Assembly: GCA_051294905.1 (NCBI GenBank) | Contig: CM119371.1 | Span: 12,526,001 to 12,590,000 of the forward strand | Reading direction: 5' to 3' | DNA: 64,000 nucleotides | Source: Botryllus schlosseri | Taxonomy: Eukaryota | Part shown: positions 1 through 14,399 of the stretch, in pieces | Position numbering within the stretch: position 1 is the first letter of the stretch | Layout of the letters: every line of letters starts with the position of its first letter | Position numbers and translations under genes: made by a program | The notes under the pieces: model-generated | The model's database searches: none | The model's input: the letters and a program-made list of their open reading frames with translations, nothing else | What the model was told of the DNA's origin: nothing

Positions 1-127
1 CTGTGATAAGTAGCTTAGTGGGAAAACGGATAGCCCGATGAGAGGTCTGGGATGCGAAGACCCCCAGAAGTACGGTTTATCACCCTATGGGGGCCCAAGA
101 CCGACGCTTTGTGGGGCTCATGACAAC

Positions 128-300
128 CAGACATGGGGTAATCGCGATTAGTAATCGTGATCGATTACGACGATTGGAGCATTTTCAAGTAATCGTAATC
201 GCAATCGATTACATTCGAAAAAACTCCGAAGTAATTGTAATCTTAATCGACTACTTCCCATATATAATCGATTTCTTTGTGAAAGAACGATTACTTTCTA
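128..300. repeat. GTAATC/GATTAC-rich MITE end
   Basis: Multiple gtaatc(g) and gattac motifs after cagacatggg; the partner end was not found. Confidence 0.55.
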
Positions 301-505
301 TTTGTACAAGGACTATGACATAAAGTGAACATTCGTGAACAAGGAAGATATATTATACCAGGTTCGTGATAGCACAAACGTCTGATTTTCAAATGCCATT
401 TCTCATTATTATGTAAGAAGCAGCCTATTACCTGAGCTAGTAATTGCGTAAGAAGTATACGCAGTAAATAGACATTCGCCGTATGTACATTGGTGTGCTT
501 GTAAT

Positions 506-1996
506 CAATGTTCCCTCTAAGCTGCGCACGTGCGCATATGCGCAGTGCTGAAACAGTCTCTGCGCACAGAAAATCCAATGTGCGCACAAAAAAAAATCCG
601 AAGTGATGTTATTTTAGCCGTTGCGCACTGTTATTCAACGGACCACGCAGGCGCGCAGACTCGTGAAAAATTAGAGCGAACATTGTTTGGGGCAAATAGT
701 GTTATGACTGAAGTCTGAAATCGAGGTGCAAGTGTGGCCCGCAAAGGTAAATATTTCGCTCCGAGAAGAAATGAGAATTTGCAATCACGTGCTCCTCACG
801 AAGGAGATTTTTTTAGTATGGTCTCGTACGCGTGAGCGATACTGATATTTCAATAGCGTATTATTGTCATGGAATGGTTAAATAACATTGTTTAACAACG
901 TTATAAATAACAGTGGGCTTGCTCGAAGTTAATTTGCGAGAAACTAACGAATAGTCTTCTCCGCGTGGCATGAACATTGCGTAAGATTTACTCAGGACCA
1001 TAACGGCCGCACTCATAGCCCCAATTGGAGGGGCCGAGATCGAAGGAGGCCCAAAATTAATTCGTGAATTAACATACATCATGGTGTCTTTTTTTTTTTG
1101 GCTTTTAAAAGAAAATTCGCGCTACGCGTGATTGAATTTCGCGGGATGTCTAGAAGATTGGGTAGGCCTATCCTTTCCCAACAAAAAATACGCATGATTT
1201 ACAGAAATGGGCACTTGGGCGTCGGCCATTGCCGCACCACGACGCGCAAAGACATGAAGTTATAGGCCATGTAACATGCGACCCGGTGAAGTGCGCCAGA
1301 ACCATCAGCAGCGAGACTACCTTGGCCGAAAAGGAATGCCCTCGTGCTGACCGAAAACTTCGATATATAGATACAAATATGTTTAATTGTCCATAGGCGC
1401 CTAAATGGCTGGCGCCGAATGCTCCTGTCCTGGTGATCCGAGTCCCACAAAAAGACAAATGCCATATCGAGGGAACATTATTTGCCAGTAAATAAATACT
1501 AATTTGAAATCGTGTGCGTCTTTCAGTTTAGTACGTTCGGGCAATTTCAATATCTTTCGACATATAGCAGATAGAAGGTCACGAAATAGGATCATGTAAC
1601 GAAGTCATCATACCAGCAGGTACGCCCGAAGATCTTTTATTATTATTTATTTATTCCAACACACCTCCCTCGATCAGATCTACCGGTAAATCTGATTATG
1701 TAAGCAGAGAGAGGATAAAAACTGATGGCAATATATATGCAATTCCCGATAATATTCAGCGATTCAATCATGAAATATATAAATTTGTCGCACTTCGCGC
1801 GTTTAGGCGACACCACTACTAGACAGGGGGCATCTAATGTAGATGATAAGTACCGGAAAAAAAGCGTATAGCCGTCGGGGGGTCGTTGGGGGGTCGTCGT
1901 CCTATGAGGGGGGGGGGGTTACGCACTGTTGTCCAAGGGCCTGCGCAGTGAGTTTGCGTGTTTGCGCAGACTCGTGAAAAATTAGAGGGAACATTG
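506..1996. mobile_element. Composite hAT MITE (CAATGTTCCCTCTAA family)
   Basis: TIR caatgttccctctaa...ttagagggaacattg; TSD cttgtaat/cttgtaag; contains a complete short unit 506-685. Confidence 0.75.
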
Positions 1997-2082
1997 CTTG
2001 TAAGAACCCCCGCTGTGCTGTATATCAGGTTATCGACACGTTCCACACGCCAGTACCTCGCATCAGGATAATTAAACACCAG

Positions 2083-2668
2083 CAGGGTTGTAATGACTCG
2101 AGTCATGACTCGACTCGAGTCGCGATTTTCTGATGACTCGACTTGACTCGAGTCATTTTCTCAAAATACGGAAATGACTCGACTCGACTCGAGTTAATCT
2201 GTGTATTGGCTCGACTTGGACTCGAGTCATTTCGCATGACTCGAACCAAGTCATATGACTCGAGACTCAGACGGCCAAGAGCGACGTTTCATTGTAATTT
2301 CGAAGAGTAGTAAAGTATAACCACCCTTTTAGGAGTTCGTCTGATGGTACTGGTACTTAAAAATGCGACCAGAAACTATTAAAAGTGAGGAAAATTAGTA
2401 TATTATAAATGCGAACCATTCGATATCACCAAACGGAGTTACAACAGTTGGTTTTACTAGACTTTATCTGGAAACTGAGCAGTCAACACAACGACTTGGA
2501 CTCGACTCGAGTCATAATACCATGACTCGGACTCGAACCTCTGCTCGATGACTTGGACTCGGACTTGATTCGGTGGCGAAGTGAAAATGACTCGACTTGA
2601 CTCGAGTCAAAACTAAAAAAGTGAGATTGACTTGTGACTCGGAGCCTTGTGACTTGGTTACAACCCTG
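2083..2668. mobile_element. hAT MITE rich in GACTCGAGTC subterminal repeats
   Basis: TIR cagggttgtaa...ttacaaccctg; TSD aacaccag/atcaccag. Confidence 0.9.
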
Positions 2669-2776
2669 ATCACCAGTCACCACTCTGCTTAGTTTAAAAT
2701 AGTAACTTGTGTATTGATGTTTGGTTATGCTTTGTTAAACGCAGGCTTATGGAGTCGGCTACGTACGTACACCTGA

Positions 2777-4890
2777 CTGGCTGTAACCAAGTCACCAGGC
2801 TACGAGTCACAAGTCAATCTCACTTGAATAGTGTTGACTCGAGTAAAGTCGAGTTGTTTTCAATTCACCACCGAGTCAAGTACGAGTCTAAGTCATCGGG
2901 AAGAGGAGGGTCGAGTCCAAGTCATGGTGTTATCACTAGAGTCCGAGTTCACGTCATTACGTTGAATGCTCAGTTTCCAGGTAAAGTATTGTTTAACCCA
3001 CCCCTTATAACTCTGATTGTTGATATGGAATGGTTCGCATTTATAAAATACTATTTTTTCACTTTAAGCAGTTTTTGGTCGCATTTTGAAGAAACAGGAC
3101 CAATGTTCCGTGTTCATTTTGAAGAGTCTGCGCACACTCACCAACTCACTGCGCAGACCCTTTGACAACAGTACGTAACGACTGAAAAAGGTCATTACTG
3201 CCGATTTTCTGAGCGCAGAGACTGTTTTAGCACTGCGCATTTGCGCACATGCGCATCTAAGGGGTAACATTGACAATTATCAATAGACGGAAGGTCTCAA
3301 ACACGCGGCCCGTCAGACCATTTTGTTTGGACCGCGCCAGCATTTTTGACTTTGAATAACGTAGCATTATTTAAGTGCCACCCATCTTTTTTTTCTGATT
3401 TGAAAAGTTGTTCAAAACCGGAAAGACTACACATTCAACTTCACCAACACATCCGTTTTGAAAGCAACCATGCGGTTGAAGATCATATACGTCGCATTGG
3501 CTATTTGTGATGATAAAACATTACCATGACTACAGCAGGTTTTGTTTGTTTGTTTTGGGGTATTCATGGTGTTTGTCGACTACTGTGGTCATTTACACCA
3601 GGCCGATATTCTTCTTATTTTCCGTAACTGCCGATTTATAGCACGGTCCACCTCTAGGCTTTTGCAAGACACCGCTGACGCGGATGAGGTGGCGAGGAGG
3701 AGCCTAGGTAAACATCCAACACTTAAGTATCGGAATTCGGAAGTCGACATTGGTCGGACGACTACAGCTGGTGATTCGTGACGGAATATCGAGACTTGGA
3801 CTCTACCTTTCGTATAGTATTACTCGAACTCGGACTGACTTGGTAACAAAATGAAATGATTCGACTTGATAAAGAATTATTTGGTTACAAACAATGGACG
3901 GAACAAACTAATTGCGCGTCATGGGAATATAGTAATAATTCAGAAAATAGTTTGGACCTCTTTATCCATGTTATTAGCGCCACTTAATAGTGACGAGTAA
4001 CGTACTGGCACGCTCCACCGCTGTATCACCAATGGATTGTTCGACGATTGGACATTTGTGTTACAATGACACGTTGATTATTATATTTATGTGATTATTG
4101 CTCTGTTCCAACATTCGAAGGAAAATCTTGCATCAATGTGAATAAGGCAACGGCATGATCAGTAGCCTATTTATCAGGAGTATATACTTAAAAACCTTTA
4201 TGGGACTATACTGCTCAAATGCTGTGATATAGATAAATCATTGTTAATTCTAAGATATACTAGCTATAGTTGCGGCACGCCAATTGTCCGCTAGCTGCAT
4301 AATCATAGCGCGACATTTTTTTATGATGACAAGATGCTTTAGTCCTCTAGCATGGTTTCTATAGCTCATATTTTTTACAAAGTATACTCATTCTCTACCA
4401 AGTATACACCAATTTTTTCAAATACTCAAAAATGTGATATTTTTCGTGCCAGGTGTAAAATGTTATAATGTTAAATCAAATTTTCGCGATGCGCGTGGAA
4501 TGTCAGCCTGCCGGGTGGGATCACTTTCCGTCGGTCAATTCCATCCCGTCAAATAAGGCCTACTTGGAAAAAAGACTGAATACCGCTATTTTATTTGATG
4601 CGGCGTCTTCAAGATTAGGGAAATTGGCCCGCGAGCACGTATGAGTTTGAGACCTCTGCAATAGATGAAATACCAATGGTGAGGTTATTTCACTATTCTT
4701 CGAAATTACAATGAAATGCTGGTCTTGGGCGTCTGAGTCTCAAATAATATGACTTCGTTCGAGTCATGCGCAACGACTCGAGACCAAGTCGAGTCAACAC
4801 ACAGATTGACTCGAGTCGAGTCGAGTCATCACGAAATCGTGACTCCAGTCGGTCTCGAATCTAGCAATGACTCGAGTCATTACAACCCTG
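2777..4890. mobile_element. Inverted copy of GACTCGAGTC MITE, split by nested insertions
   Basis: Halves 2777-3090 and ~4670-4890 match 2083-2668 in reverse; nested CAATGTTCC unit 3101-3272 and element 3288-4658. Confidence 0.8.
3288..4658. mobile_element. hAT MITE (CAGAGGTCTCAAAC-type TIR)
   Basis: aaggtctcaaacacgcggcccg ... gagtttgagacctctg; caataga on both flanks. Confidence 0.7.
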
Positions 4891-5406
4891 GTGCATATAC
4901 GTAGGCTACTTGGCAATGCATGCAACGCACGCTTCATGAAGTTACCTCCAATAGCAAGCATATTTTTAAAAGTAAAAATCGGCGTGATTTCCTTACGCCA
5001 CTGGAAGATAACATATTCACACAAATTGAAACACCTGCAAACTTGCGAACACCGTGCATTGATGCTTCAGAATGCATAAGCATGTATTAATCGTCCGTAT
5101 ACGACTGGTAAATACAGTGAATTTAATAGTAGCCTACGATTACACTGAAATAATATTATACGGCCGGCAACACTTTTTGATGCTAAAATGAGGGTTGTTA
5201 TACATGCTGGGAAGTTGAGAACCATGAATACCGCAAACAACTTCAGCACAATCGGAAAAGCTAAAAGAGAAAAGCTTGACTCAACTTCTGCATCGATGTA
5301 ATAAATTCATTTCATTATTGCTTTTATTAGTTACATTATATTATAGAATGTAATAAGTGATCAGACATTCACTTATAATTATTGACACATTTATTCTGAT
5401 TTCCAG

Positions 5407-5571
5407 GTAAAAGGGTTGCTTTTTCACGGGTATGCACTTTTTACATCGAAAATTTGGAGAGATTTAGGGACAAGCATAAGAAATTGTAATGTCTCTACCA
5501 TCTATTTTATGAGCCATTTCGAGACTGTACCTAATTTGGAAGCCCTGCAAAATGGCCATGGCGCCTTAGCG
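5407..5571 (+). CDS. Phase 0-0 exon with two degenerate ~28-aa LRR-like units (NLR-like gene or pseudogene)
   Basis: ttctgatttccag|VKGLLFHGYALFTSKIWRDLGTSIRNCNVSTIYFMSHFETVPNLEALQNGHGALA|gtgtgt; 165 nt; hydrophobic spacing like RI-type LRR. Confidence 0.45.
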
Positions 5572-5797
5572 GTGTGTAAAATTTCTTGCGTGCGGAATAT
5601 ATATTTTGAAATATTATACATTTTGTGGTACTTAGGCAAGAAGATTCACGGTCGCATCCAATTTACCGAGACCGTCGTATCAAATTGAACTCTCGATACA
5701 CGATTCAACAAATGAAACGAGTATGCCGGACGCTGTGAGCGGAAATCGGGTAATCATAATCGGTTATTTGGCATGCATGATCATAATCGATTGCTTA

Positions 5798-5846
5798 GTG
5801 TGTGTGTGTGTGTGTGTGGGTGTGGGTGTGTGTGAGAGAGAGAGAG
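5798..5846. repeat. (GT)n(GA)n microsatellite
   Basis: Directly visible. Confidence 0.95.
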
Positions 5847-6702
5847 CGAAAATAAGCTATTTGCCTGTGCTCAACATCACTATTCCTCACCAGCGAAGGA
5901 AATCAGCTGATATGAATAGGTGAATGGGCATATTACCTTGACGTGCAGTGGTCCAGACACTGCCAAGATCGAGACGCTCAGAGAATGGGGCTTAGGGCGT
6001 CCCCGGTATGCCAAGCATTAGAAAGAAATAGTCTTGCAGCTAGTAAGGTCTCTCGTTACTCCCGATATCGCTTGCATGGTCGCTGAAATGCGATGTCGGG
6101 TATCATGCTCAGCTCAGAGTCCGAAATATATTAAATTTCATGATCATGATTTTTGTTATTTTATTTGTACTTATTTATTAAAATGTCACTTCTTTTGTGC
6201 TAACTATATGCCCATCACCCATGTTTGAGAGCACAGCGTTTTACCAACGTAAATATCTATTAGGTGTATGGTCTACTGTGGGCAGATTTTGTCTCGACAA
6301 TGCATTTTTGCGGCCGCAGCCTTTACGAAATTTGAAAAGCGGCCCGTGATCCGTTTGAAGTTGGTGTCATTTGATGTAGATTGTCGGCTATATAACAGGG
6401 GTGGGCAGACATGCTTCATGCACGAGCCCCATATTAAAAATCTTAGCTTAGAAAGAGCCATAACACAAAAATTCATTCCGTAGGAATTTATGACGTCACA
6501 ATGAAATGTAGGGATAGAATGAAGTTTATTATTGTGGGTTGAAACGATACGCCTCCACGGGGCTGCAAGGTCTTTGAAATCAGGCTGGTATGGTGCCTAA
6601 GCAGTGCGGAGCAGCTCGTTCAAGTGCTGATGAGAATTTAGGCACTGTAATCTCAACGACATTTGATTGGCCAAATCATGCAGTTATTGCTAGCCTCTTC
6701 AC

Positions 6703-8184
6703 CAGTGGTCGGAAACCTTTTTTGTCGGAAGAGCCATATTGGCCCTATTTTTTCCACTTTAACTCCCAAATAGCCATAGATGTCAATCAGCTGTTACGTC
6801 ACACTTGAAAATTCATTACGTCATGGTAGCACTAATTTGAACTCACTTTACACGGGATTCGTCGTGTGCGCCACATTTTCTCTGTAAAAACTCGTACTGG
6901 GTACTAATCATGCTGGTTGCCTTACTTGAGCATGCGAAACTTGAGTTACGAGAACGTAGGTTTGTCGTGATGTTCCTTTTAAATGCGAGAACCCATGATC
7001 ACTTGCTTAGGTGAAGCCAAACATAGTCATTGCAGCAATTTATATAGGCCTACCCACGCTAAGCTGTTAGCGAAAATTTTGAAGCCTTCAGTTATTATTG
7101 GTATTTTCTATTGATGTTCATGAATGACTATATTTTGAACATGCTTCTCCCGAATTCACAAAATTTGCATTTTATTGTTCGAAACTAAATCACGAAACGA
7201 GAGGGGAGGGACAGACGGGCCAGACCTCACAATTGACAACGCAGTTCATCGCAAATAGTTTAGAATTTATTATAACTGATATTAATCCAATGTAACTGTC
7301 GCACTGATTCCAAAAATCTAAATACTGCTTCTCTACTTCTCAATTGACTAAGTATTCGGCAGCAACATACAACGTTGCGCCACATGCACGCCTATTTTAT
7401 CGCCGGTAGAGCTATACTTGCCAATCAAGAACGTGGATAGCCATGGCGTTGTTTGTAATTCCAGTTTGTAACGTTTGTAACGGCAGTTCATTTCGTGCAG
7501 TAGGAAGAAAGGAAGGAGGAAGACAATGTGTATTTTAAAAAAACTCGTTGCCATATTGTTGTCGCCATGTCTGCTATTCTCTTTGATCAATCAACGTATC
7601 GCGCAATCCAAGATTTCCAGTCGGGTAGCTCCCGTTTTCCCAATGTTAGGTCACACTCGACTGAATCTATCTGTTTGGTTAATCGCAGCGCAACAATATG
7701 ATCAATTTGCCGTAAGTTAGATGGCATATCAAATTTATAGATACTCGACGTTGTCAACGAAATTACTACCCTGCGCCCAGGTACACAACCACGTGGTACC
7801 TATATGGTATTTAGGTGGATGGATGGATTGGCAAAATTGATGGGTCTCATATCATGGGTCGTATCGCGCCACCCAAGATTTCCATTCGGGTAGCAGGATA
7901 GGCTACATCGATTTTAGAGTGATCTTGGTCGCCGGAGCGACAGAAACTGAAATTTGAGGATTTTGAAGAGTTCGAGACCCTACACCTGAAGACGGCATTG
8001 CCTATACCTCTCAAAGACATGTTGATACTGCCACGCCAATAATTATTTTGGTCGTGATGAAAATTTACTAAATAGTCGTTGCAATATCGATCAAATCATT
8101 ACAAAAACAAACATTTGGCGAAGAGCCATATCTTATACCCAAAAGAGCCATATATGGCTCGCAAGCCATAGGTTCCCGATCGAC
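6703..8184. mobile_element. Old hAT MITE (GAAGAGCCATAT family)
   Basis: Left end cagtggtcggaaacc...gaagagccatatt matches 21747-21890; right end gagccatatatggctcgcaagccataggttcccga; degenerate TSD ctcttcac/gtattcac. Confidence 0.55.
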
Positions 8185-9149
8185 GTATTCACCATTGCTG
8201 GCGCGAAAATGATTGTGACCTGCACTGGCGTATTTAATTATCAGGTTAATGGTTGAACACAATGATTTGCCATTGATTGATGGCCAGGCTCGATTCGAGA
8301 GCTCAATTGGAAATTTCTAACACTTAGTGCCACTTTCTTCCAACTTTCATCCGGTCCACGAAGCAATTGTGAGTAGATTGGTAAATGTTTGTATTATCAA
8401 GCACATTTGTAGCAAATGTTGATTTTTTTAGTAGGAAATACTTCTATCAAACAATTCCGCAAGACATAAAATGTCGAGCGTATTCATATCCAACATATAG
8501 CCTTCCGAGATTGGTATTGTAGTCTCGCTCTACTCACTATCAGGAAAAAGTCGGCGACATTGACACCCAATTCCGAGAACGCAAAAATTGCACACTCAAT
8601 TTCTAGTTTTATGGAAAAAATACCGAAAAGTAGTTTTCTATAGCAACAAAACGCCAGTGCAAAACCGTTGTATACAGGTGAAATGAAGAATATTATATAT
8701 CAAATATCCCTGATTGCAGTGCTGTATTACTTGTGACTCAAAAGTTGCCGGCTTCCAGAGAAACCTGTATCGCGATTTCACGATAGCTATATGAACCAAA
8801 TTCCAACCTCCACGTTTAAAGATATTCTTGTATTCCCAACAACGCATACGCATTGAAATATGGTAACTTCGCCGTTACATTCACTGTTTTAGTAGTTTGT
8901 TACTGTATTGCACCGGTCAATCATCATATTTTTTCAATTCCGTTGTTTGCGAATAAATATTGTTAATAATATTTGCACAATACAGTGGCGCCAATCGCCT
9001 TTTTCAAGCTATATGCGCCATGACACGAATTTTTTAAGAGCATTGGTTCTTTATTTGGGAAATATTACGGACGAATTTCATGCTCAGTCATACTCAGTCC
9101 ATCGCCACGCACTCTCGCTCCCGTGCGTCCATGTCGTGGTCCTTGTTGC

Positions 9150-9325
9150 CGACTAGTAGCGCGGCCCAATTTCAGTCTGGGCTTTTTGATGTACTGCCTT
9201 AGTAGTGAGGTCAACGATGAGGAGCCAAGCGAAACCTCCCTCACGTAAAAGGTTGTCAGAACCGGGATTCGAACCCATTTCCATTGGTGTCGTGACTCAG
9301 TGCGTAACCAACTACACCACTCTCT
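9150..9325 (-). mobile_element. tRNA-derived SINE
   Basis: Minus strand A box TGGTGTAGTTGG and B box GGTTCGAATCCC; related copy at ~14400-14570. Confidence 0.65.
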
Positions 9326-10999
9326 TTCCCGAATAACGCTGTTGTTATGAATAGAATTGGTGTGGTTCATCATCGAATAAAGTGTTTTATAATAAAGTTT
9401 TCAAGTCAAAATCAATGCCATGGATTTTGAGGTCACAGTATGGAATCACATGACTGATGCGACCGTGAGCGACCTGAAGGATTGAAATCGGCCAGCGATG
9501 ATTGTTGAGTTTGAAACCCCTGGTGTAGATGGTAGAGTATATAGGCCTACATTACCGGACAAATGCAGAAGAAGAAATAAGAAATATATTAATGTCACAT
9601 GAACAAAGAATAATGGCTGGCACTTGTTGACATTGATAACAGTGTTAGATTTTATATGATTAAAAAAGATAGATACCTAAAAAGAATTGCTTCTAATACG
9701 GGTTGGAATGGAGTTCCGTATCAGCGGAAATGGTGAAAATGATGATTACACACTCTTTTTCGTTTTTATAGCAGAACACGACATGAGGTAAATCACATAT
9801 ATGATCCGCGCTGCTCATTACCACATCAGAAACATTAAACTGGTTATTCACAGTTTCCACCTACAGCATAGTATGTAAAGTAGAGTAGGTCACTACAGTC
9901 ATCGTTGTTACTAACGTAGGAACAACTGCATAAATTTATACTCGCGCATAGGTTTTGTTTAGATTTCTGAATGAGTAGAAAAGATATTGTTCAAGGATTA
10001 TACAGCCTAAATAAAAAAACGGAAACTCGCAAGTAGAGTAATCGAAAATCATCACTAGTTGAGTAAGTAGTACATATATTCGCAATATACTTCAGTGACA
10101 CCTCTTTTATATGGTCGGCGCGGTAGGTATTTGATGGGCCAGTATTACAGAGAAAAGCACAAGTATAGGCCTATGCCATGTTTCGATTTAACAACAAATA
10201 CCACTAGCTCGTAGACGGAAAGGACATATATTACTATCTATAGACGACATACACTTACACGTATTGCATTTGTTTATTTATGAGGCTTGATTGGAACATT
10301 GTCGCTAGTTCAATAGCATGCAAATGTAAGAAATGACCCCTCTGCCCCGATTACATAATTGAAAATAATACACCACTCCAATAAAACATGGCGACTGAGA
10401 TATCAAATCGTTCGAGCTTGAAAGGTGTCGTTCCGAATCGTATGTAACCGTGATTTACTTTGGTGTTACCATATGGTCCTCTTTTAAAAGGAATTGTCCT
10501 CTTTTTTTCAAAATTGTAAGTGTCATCGAAAGTCGCTTAGATGTCCTTTTTAGAGAATTTGCCCCCTTTTTCCCGAAAAAGTGTTCAAGTGCGTACAAAA
10601 CTGAACTCCGATGTTGCGAACTCCAGAGTTGGCAAGACAATAAACGAAATATAATGCTCGACGAGTAGTTTGGGAGCAGAGATGGGAAAGATGACTTTTT
10701 TAAATCAACGGTTCTGAATATATCGGGAGTTTATTCAGAAAGATGACCCTTTTTAGTCAACACCACAGAAGTATCGTAAAAAATGTGTAATTCGGAAGTT
10801 TGAAAAATGTGATGACTTTTTTTTTGATACTCGTTCAAGTTTTATAAATAATTGTAAATAATGCACAAGCATTCATAGTACCCATCCAATTCCGTAACTT
10901 GATGTATCGGCAATCGACTCTGTATTGGTTATACGGTGTCGTATATTGGTGTGTTTTAGATAGGATCACTTTTTTTCCATTATTTGCGGAAGTCTAGAT

Positions 11000-12268
11000 C
11001 AGTGGTTCCCAAAGTCGGCGAAATCGCCCCCCCCCCCAAGGGGCGATTTGGTGGTCTAGGGGGGGCGAAAATAACGAAGGGGCGATAGGGGGCGAAAACG
11101 GACGAAGGGGCGATAGAGGGGATGCCGCGGTAAAACGGCTATATGGAGTCAGGACCATAACTGCCGCACCCCAAACCAACCAATTGGGGGGGGGGGAACT
11201 CGAAGGGGTTCAAAATTATTTCGTGAATTACCATAAATTATAGAGTAATTTTTTAGAAATTCATACAACTTTTTGAATTTTTTGGGGGGCTGTGCGCGAT
11301 TTCGTATTGTCACATATCTTGATTTTATGAGTCCCCGTCTCCCAACATAAATACGCATGATTTATGGAAATGAAGACTCCGGCGTCGGCCATTACTGCGT
11401 CACGCCACACCAATACATATGAAGCTAGGCCATGCAACATACGACTCCGAGAAGTATGCCAGAACGATCAGCAGCCAGAAGACCTTGGCCGAAAAGGAAT
11501 GCCCTTGTGCTGACCGAAAACTTCGATATACATGTATGTTTAATTGTTCTGGCGTCGAACGTTCCTGTCCTGGCGATCTGAATCTTACGGGACAAATATC
11601 ATCCACCAGAGAAAAATTATTTGCCAGTTAAGAAATACCAATTTCTAATCATGTACGTGTTTTAGTTTGGTACGTTCTGGCGATTTCCCTATATTTTGAC
11701 ATAGCAGATATAGGAGGCCACGAAAAAGCATCATGCAACGAAGTCAACATAACAACAGTTCCGCCCGAAGATGTTTAATTATTATTTAGGGGTCCTACCT
11801 TTTTCAACACACCACACTCAGCTCTACCGGTAAATCTGAAGACGTGAGCGGAGAAAGGATAATGTATTGATAGCGCGTTTAGGCGAAATACGGTGACTAA
11901 CCAAACAGTACATGAAATAAGGTATAGCTAATATAAAGCGACAAAAAGCCCACTGGCTGAGGGGGTGTCTGGGATTTGGGTTATCACCCTATATGGGCCA
12001 AAGACCATCGTTTTGGGGCCGAGGAAGAGCTGTTACGGTCCTGATTGGAGTCACGTTGAAGAAATTACTTTTTTTTAGTCAACTCACGTAAATTAGGCGG
12101 TAAAAGTGTAATTTCGAAGTCAAGCCGAAAAGTTGACCTTTTTTATTAGTCAACTCGCCGGTGGTCCCAGTTTGTATGCCCATTTTTCGGTTCCCAATAT
12201 TTGAGGGGCAATGATCGGCGTTGAGCTTCAAATGAGGGCGATGAGTCGAGAAAGGTTGGGAACCACGA
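11000..12268. mobile_element. hAT (Charlie-like) MITE with nested CAGGACCATAAC element 11150-12043
   Basis: TIR cagtggttcccaa...ttgggaaccacga; TSD gtctagat/ctctagat. Confidence 0.88.
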
Positions 12269-12470
12269 CTCTAGATGGAAGACATATTTTATTCGAAATC
12301 ACACAGAAAATCTTCTAGTCTACAAGCGACTTTTCTGATTGAAATGAAGCATATATTTCTAAAAAGTTATGATTGTTGTTTAATTTGACCATTTCTATTA
12401 TTCTTTTCTAAATATACAGATGCATATCACAGTGTGAATTGTTTTGTTAGTATCAGTAATCGATTTTCAG

Positions 12471-12638
12471 AAAAAGTCTTTGGATGTGGAGGTTGACAGC
12501 TTGAAAAGAGGTAAATTAGCGGAGTCTCTTGGAGGCATCATTGCTACATCCGGTTTCGAAGAATTGGTTTTTAGAAATCATAATTCACCAAGTGACGGTA
12601 CTATAACATCGCTCGGGAAGGGGCTCAATCAATACCAG
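12471..12638 (+). CDS. Phase 0-0 168-nt LRR-like exon (NLR-like gene or pseudogene)
   Basis: gattttcag|KKSLDVEVDSLKRGKLAESLGGIIATSGFEELVFRNHNSPSDGTITSLGKGLNQYQ|gtaatt; exactly 56 codons = 2 x 28. Confidence 0.5.
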
Positions 12639-13111
12639 GTAATTTATAGATATCTCGGCTATCCGATTTAACTTTTCAAGTGTAGTGTTTCTTGGAAGTT
12701 GTAGTAGACAAATTGTAATAATTTGACATCGCATATACTGCTCGTTATTCGTTCATTCTCAATGCTAAAAGAAACATGCCCTGGCCCAAAAATGTCCATG
12801 TTTGGAGACTAAATAGTAGAGTTATGTGATGTCTGCTGCTCAATTTAGCCAAATTTAATTTGTATCCTTCTGTGCAAATGCAGTTTGACCGACACGGTTC
12901 ATACATTTCTAGCCAATAAAATTGCATTTAAAATTGTCATCCCACGTAAGTGTGTATGAAGGGTTTGAATGTGCTTGACTCTTTACTAAGGTCTTGTTCA
13001 CCATGACCGGGTGAGCTATAATACAATCAGTTAGGCAAATCCGATGACTGGAACAACCATTTGAGGATCCGTTTACATACACGTCATATTGAATGCGACT
13101 CTGCTTCGTTC

Positions 13112-13395
13112 GGTTCCATACTATTACCGAGAGAACGGACATTACCGATAATGGATATTACCGAGAACGGACATTACCGAGAATGGACAATACCGAGAAT
13201 GCTATTACCGAGAATGGCCATTGCCAAGAATGTAGCTTAATGTAACAGACGATGTCGATATATTTACACCTGAGATCCGATACCGAATGTGGCAACGCCG
13301 TGATGCACACACACGACCTGTCCACATGCATAACTTGCCTGCATTACATATATTACATTCTCGGTAATGTCGATTCTCGGTATTGACCGGACACC
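13112..13395. mobile_element. MITE with 9-bp TSD and 15-bp subterminal tandem repeats (Mutator-like)
   Basis: GG...CC termini; gcttcgttc on both flanks; (attaccgagaatggac)-like repeats 13123-13230 and inverted at 13357-13385. Confidence 0.75.
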
Positions 13396-14399
13396 GCTTC
13401 GTTCGACAATGCTATTCATAATTGAGATAATTATCTCTGGTGATGGTATCAAGAAAACGTCAGTAATTTGTTTTGGTTGCTAGAACGCTACACGTTTCGC
13501 AAAGACTACTGTCATGGGATTAGTGAAATATTGAAGAAAAAGATGATTACCATGATCAATCGAGATTCGCTATGGTGTTTCATAAGTTGCTGGACAGTCG
13601 ACTACGTTTAATTCGAACACTTTGGTTCAACTTACATTTTTCATCAACCCAGTTTTGTTCAAATGAGACAGAAAATTTGATTTATGATCATGATCATGCA
13701 TAAAGTAGGCAAACAATGGAAGAATATTACCGTATTGATGCGTAATATATAAATTGCAGCGTCGAAATACTGCAGCAATTGGCAGCGATGGCGTAAAACA
13801 GACAAGAGGAATTTTCGGAATACATTATCAAGTATTTCAGTAATTCTTGAAATACATTGTCAAGTATTGTTGCTAGGGCTGAAGCGATATTTCCCTCCCC
13901 ATTCTTTTCTACAAGCAGGTCGTAATTCTACCAAAGTAGAAGACACTATATAGACTATAGAGAGTTAGCACGGTCTCACATGAGCTCGTTGTAGATTGTT
14001 ACTTCGTGGATCGTCATTGTTCCAATAATAATCACTGATTTTGTTTTCAAACAAACGAAGTACTGTTCTCGTGCTATATCCTAACGATATGAATGGCGAC
14101 GCTGTGTGCGAATTAGGCGAGAAATTGTTCAAATAAATGGTAATTATTAACGTGCAATTTTGACTTTTCTCCGTTCTCATCTCTGACACTTGGGCCGAAT
14201 GCAGAAAATGTCCGGGTTATCCGGTGTCCTAATTGAGTGTGCTCGACTGCAAGTTACAATTTGGGTCATGTCATAACGAGTGAATACAAGCAGTTTTTTG
14301 TTTTGTTTTATTGGCATACAATTGGCGCCTTTAACAACTCGGGCCATACGCTTGCCTGGCGTCCTTTTTTCTGGTCCTTTTGCTGCCATCTTCCAAGAG

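Noticed and set aside
2707..3165. 152-aa ORF
   Set aside because: Translates MITE subterminal repeats.
7526..7780. Signal-peptide-like ORF MCILKKLVAILLSPCLLFSL... with a gtaagt donor
   Set aside because: Lies within an old MITE; the implied intron is only ~30 nt; it lacks the Cys/phase-2 pattern of the peptide family.
7596..7895. 32-bp direct repeat (atcgcgc...ccaagatttcca.tcgggtagc) about 265 bp apart
   Set aside because: Only two imperfect copies inside a MITE; no TG...CA ends, so not an LTR pair.
9255..9325. tRNA gene (also 22195-22269)
   Set aside because: A and B boxes are present but there is no convincing cloverleaf, and both continue into SINE bodies.
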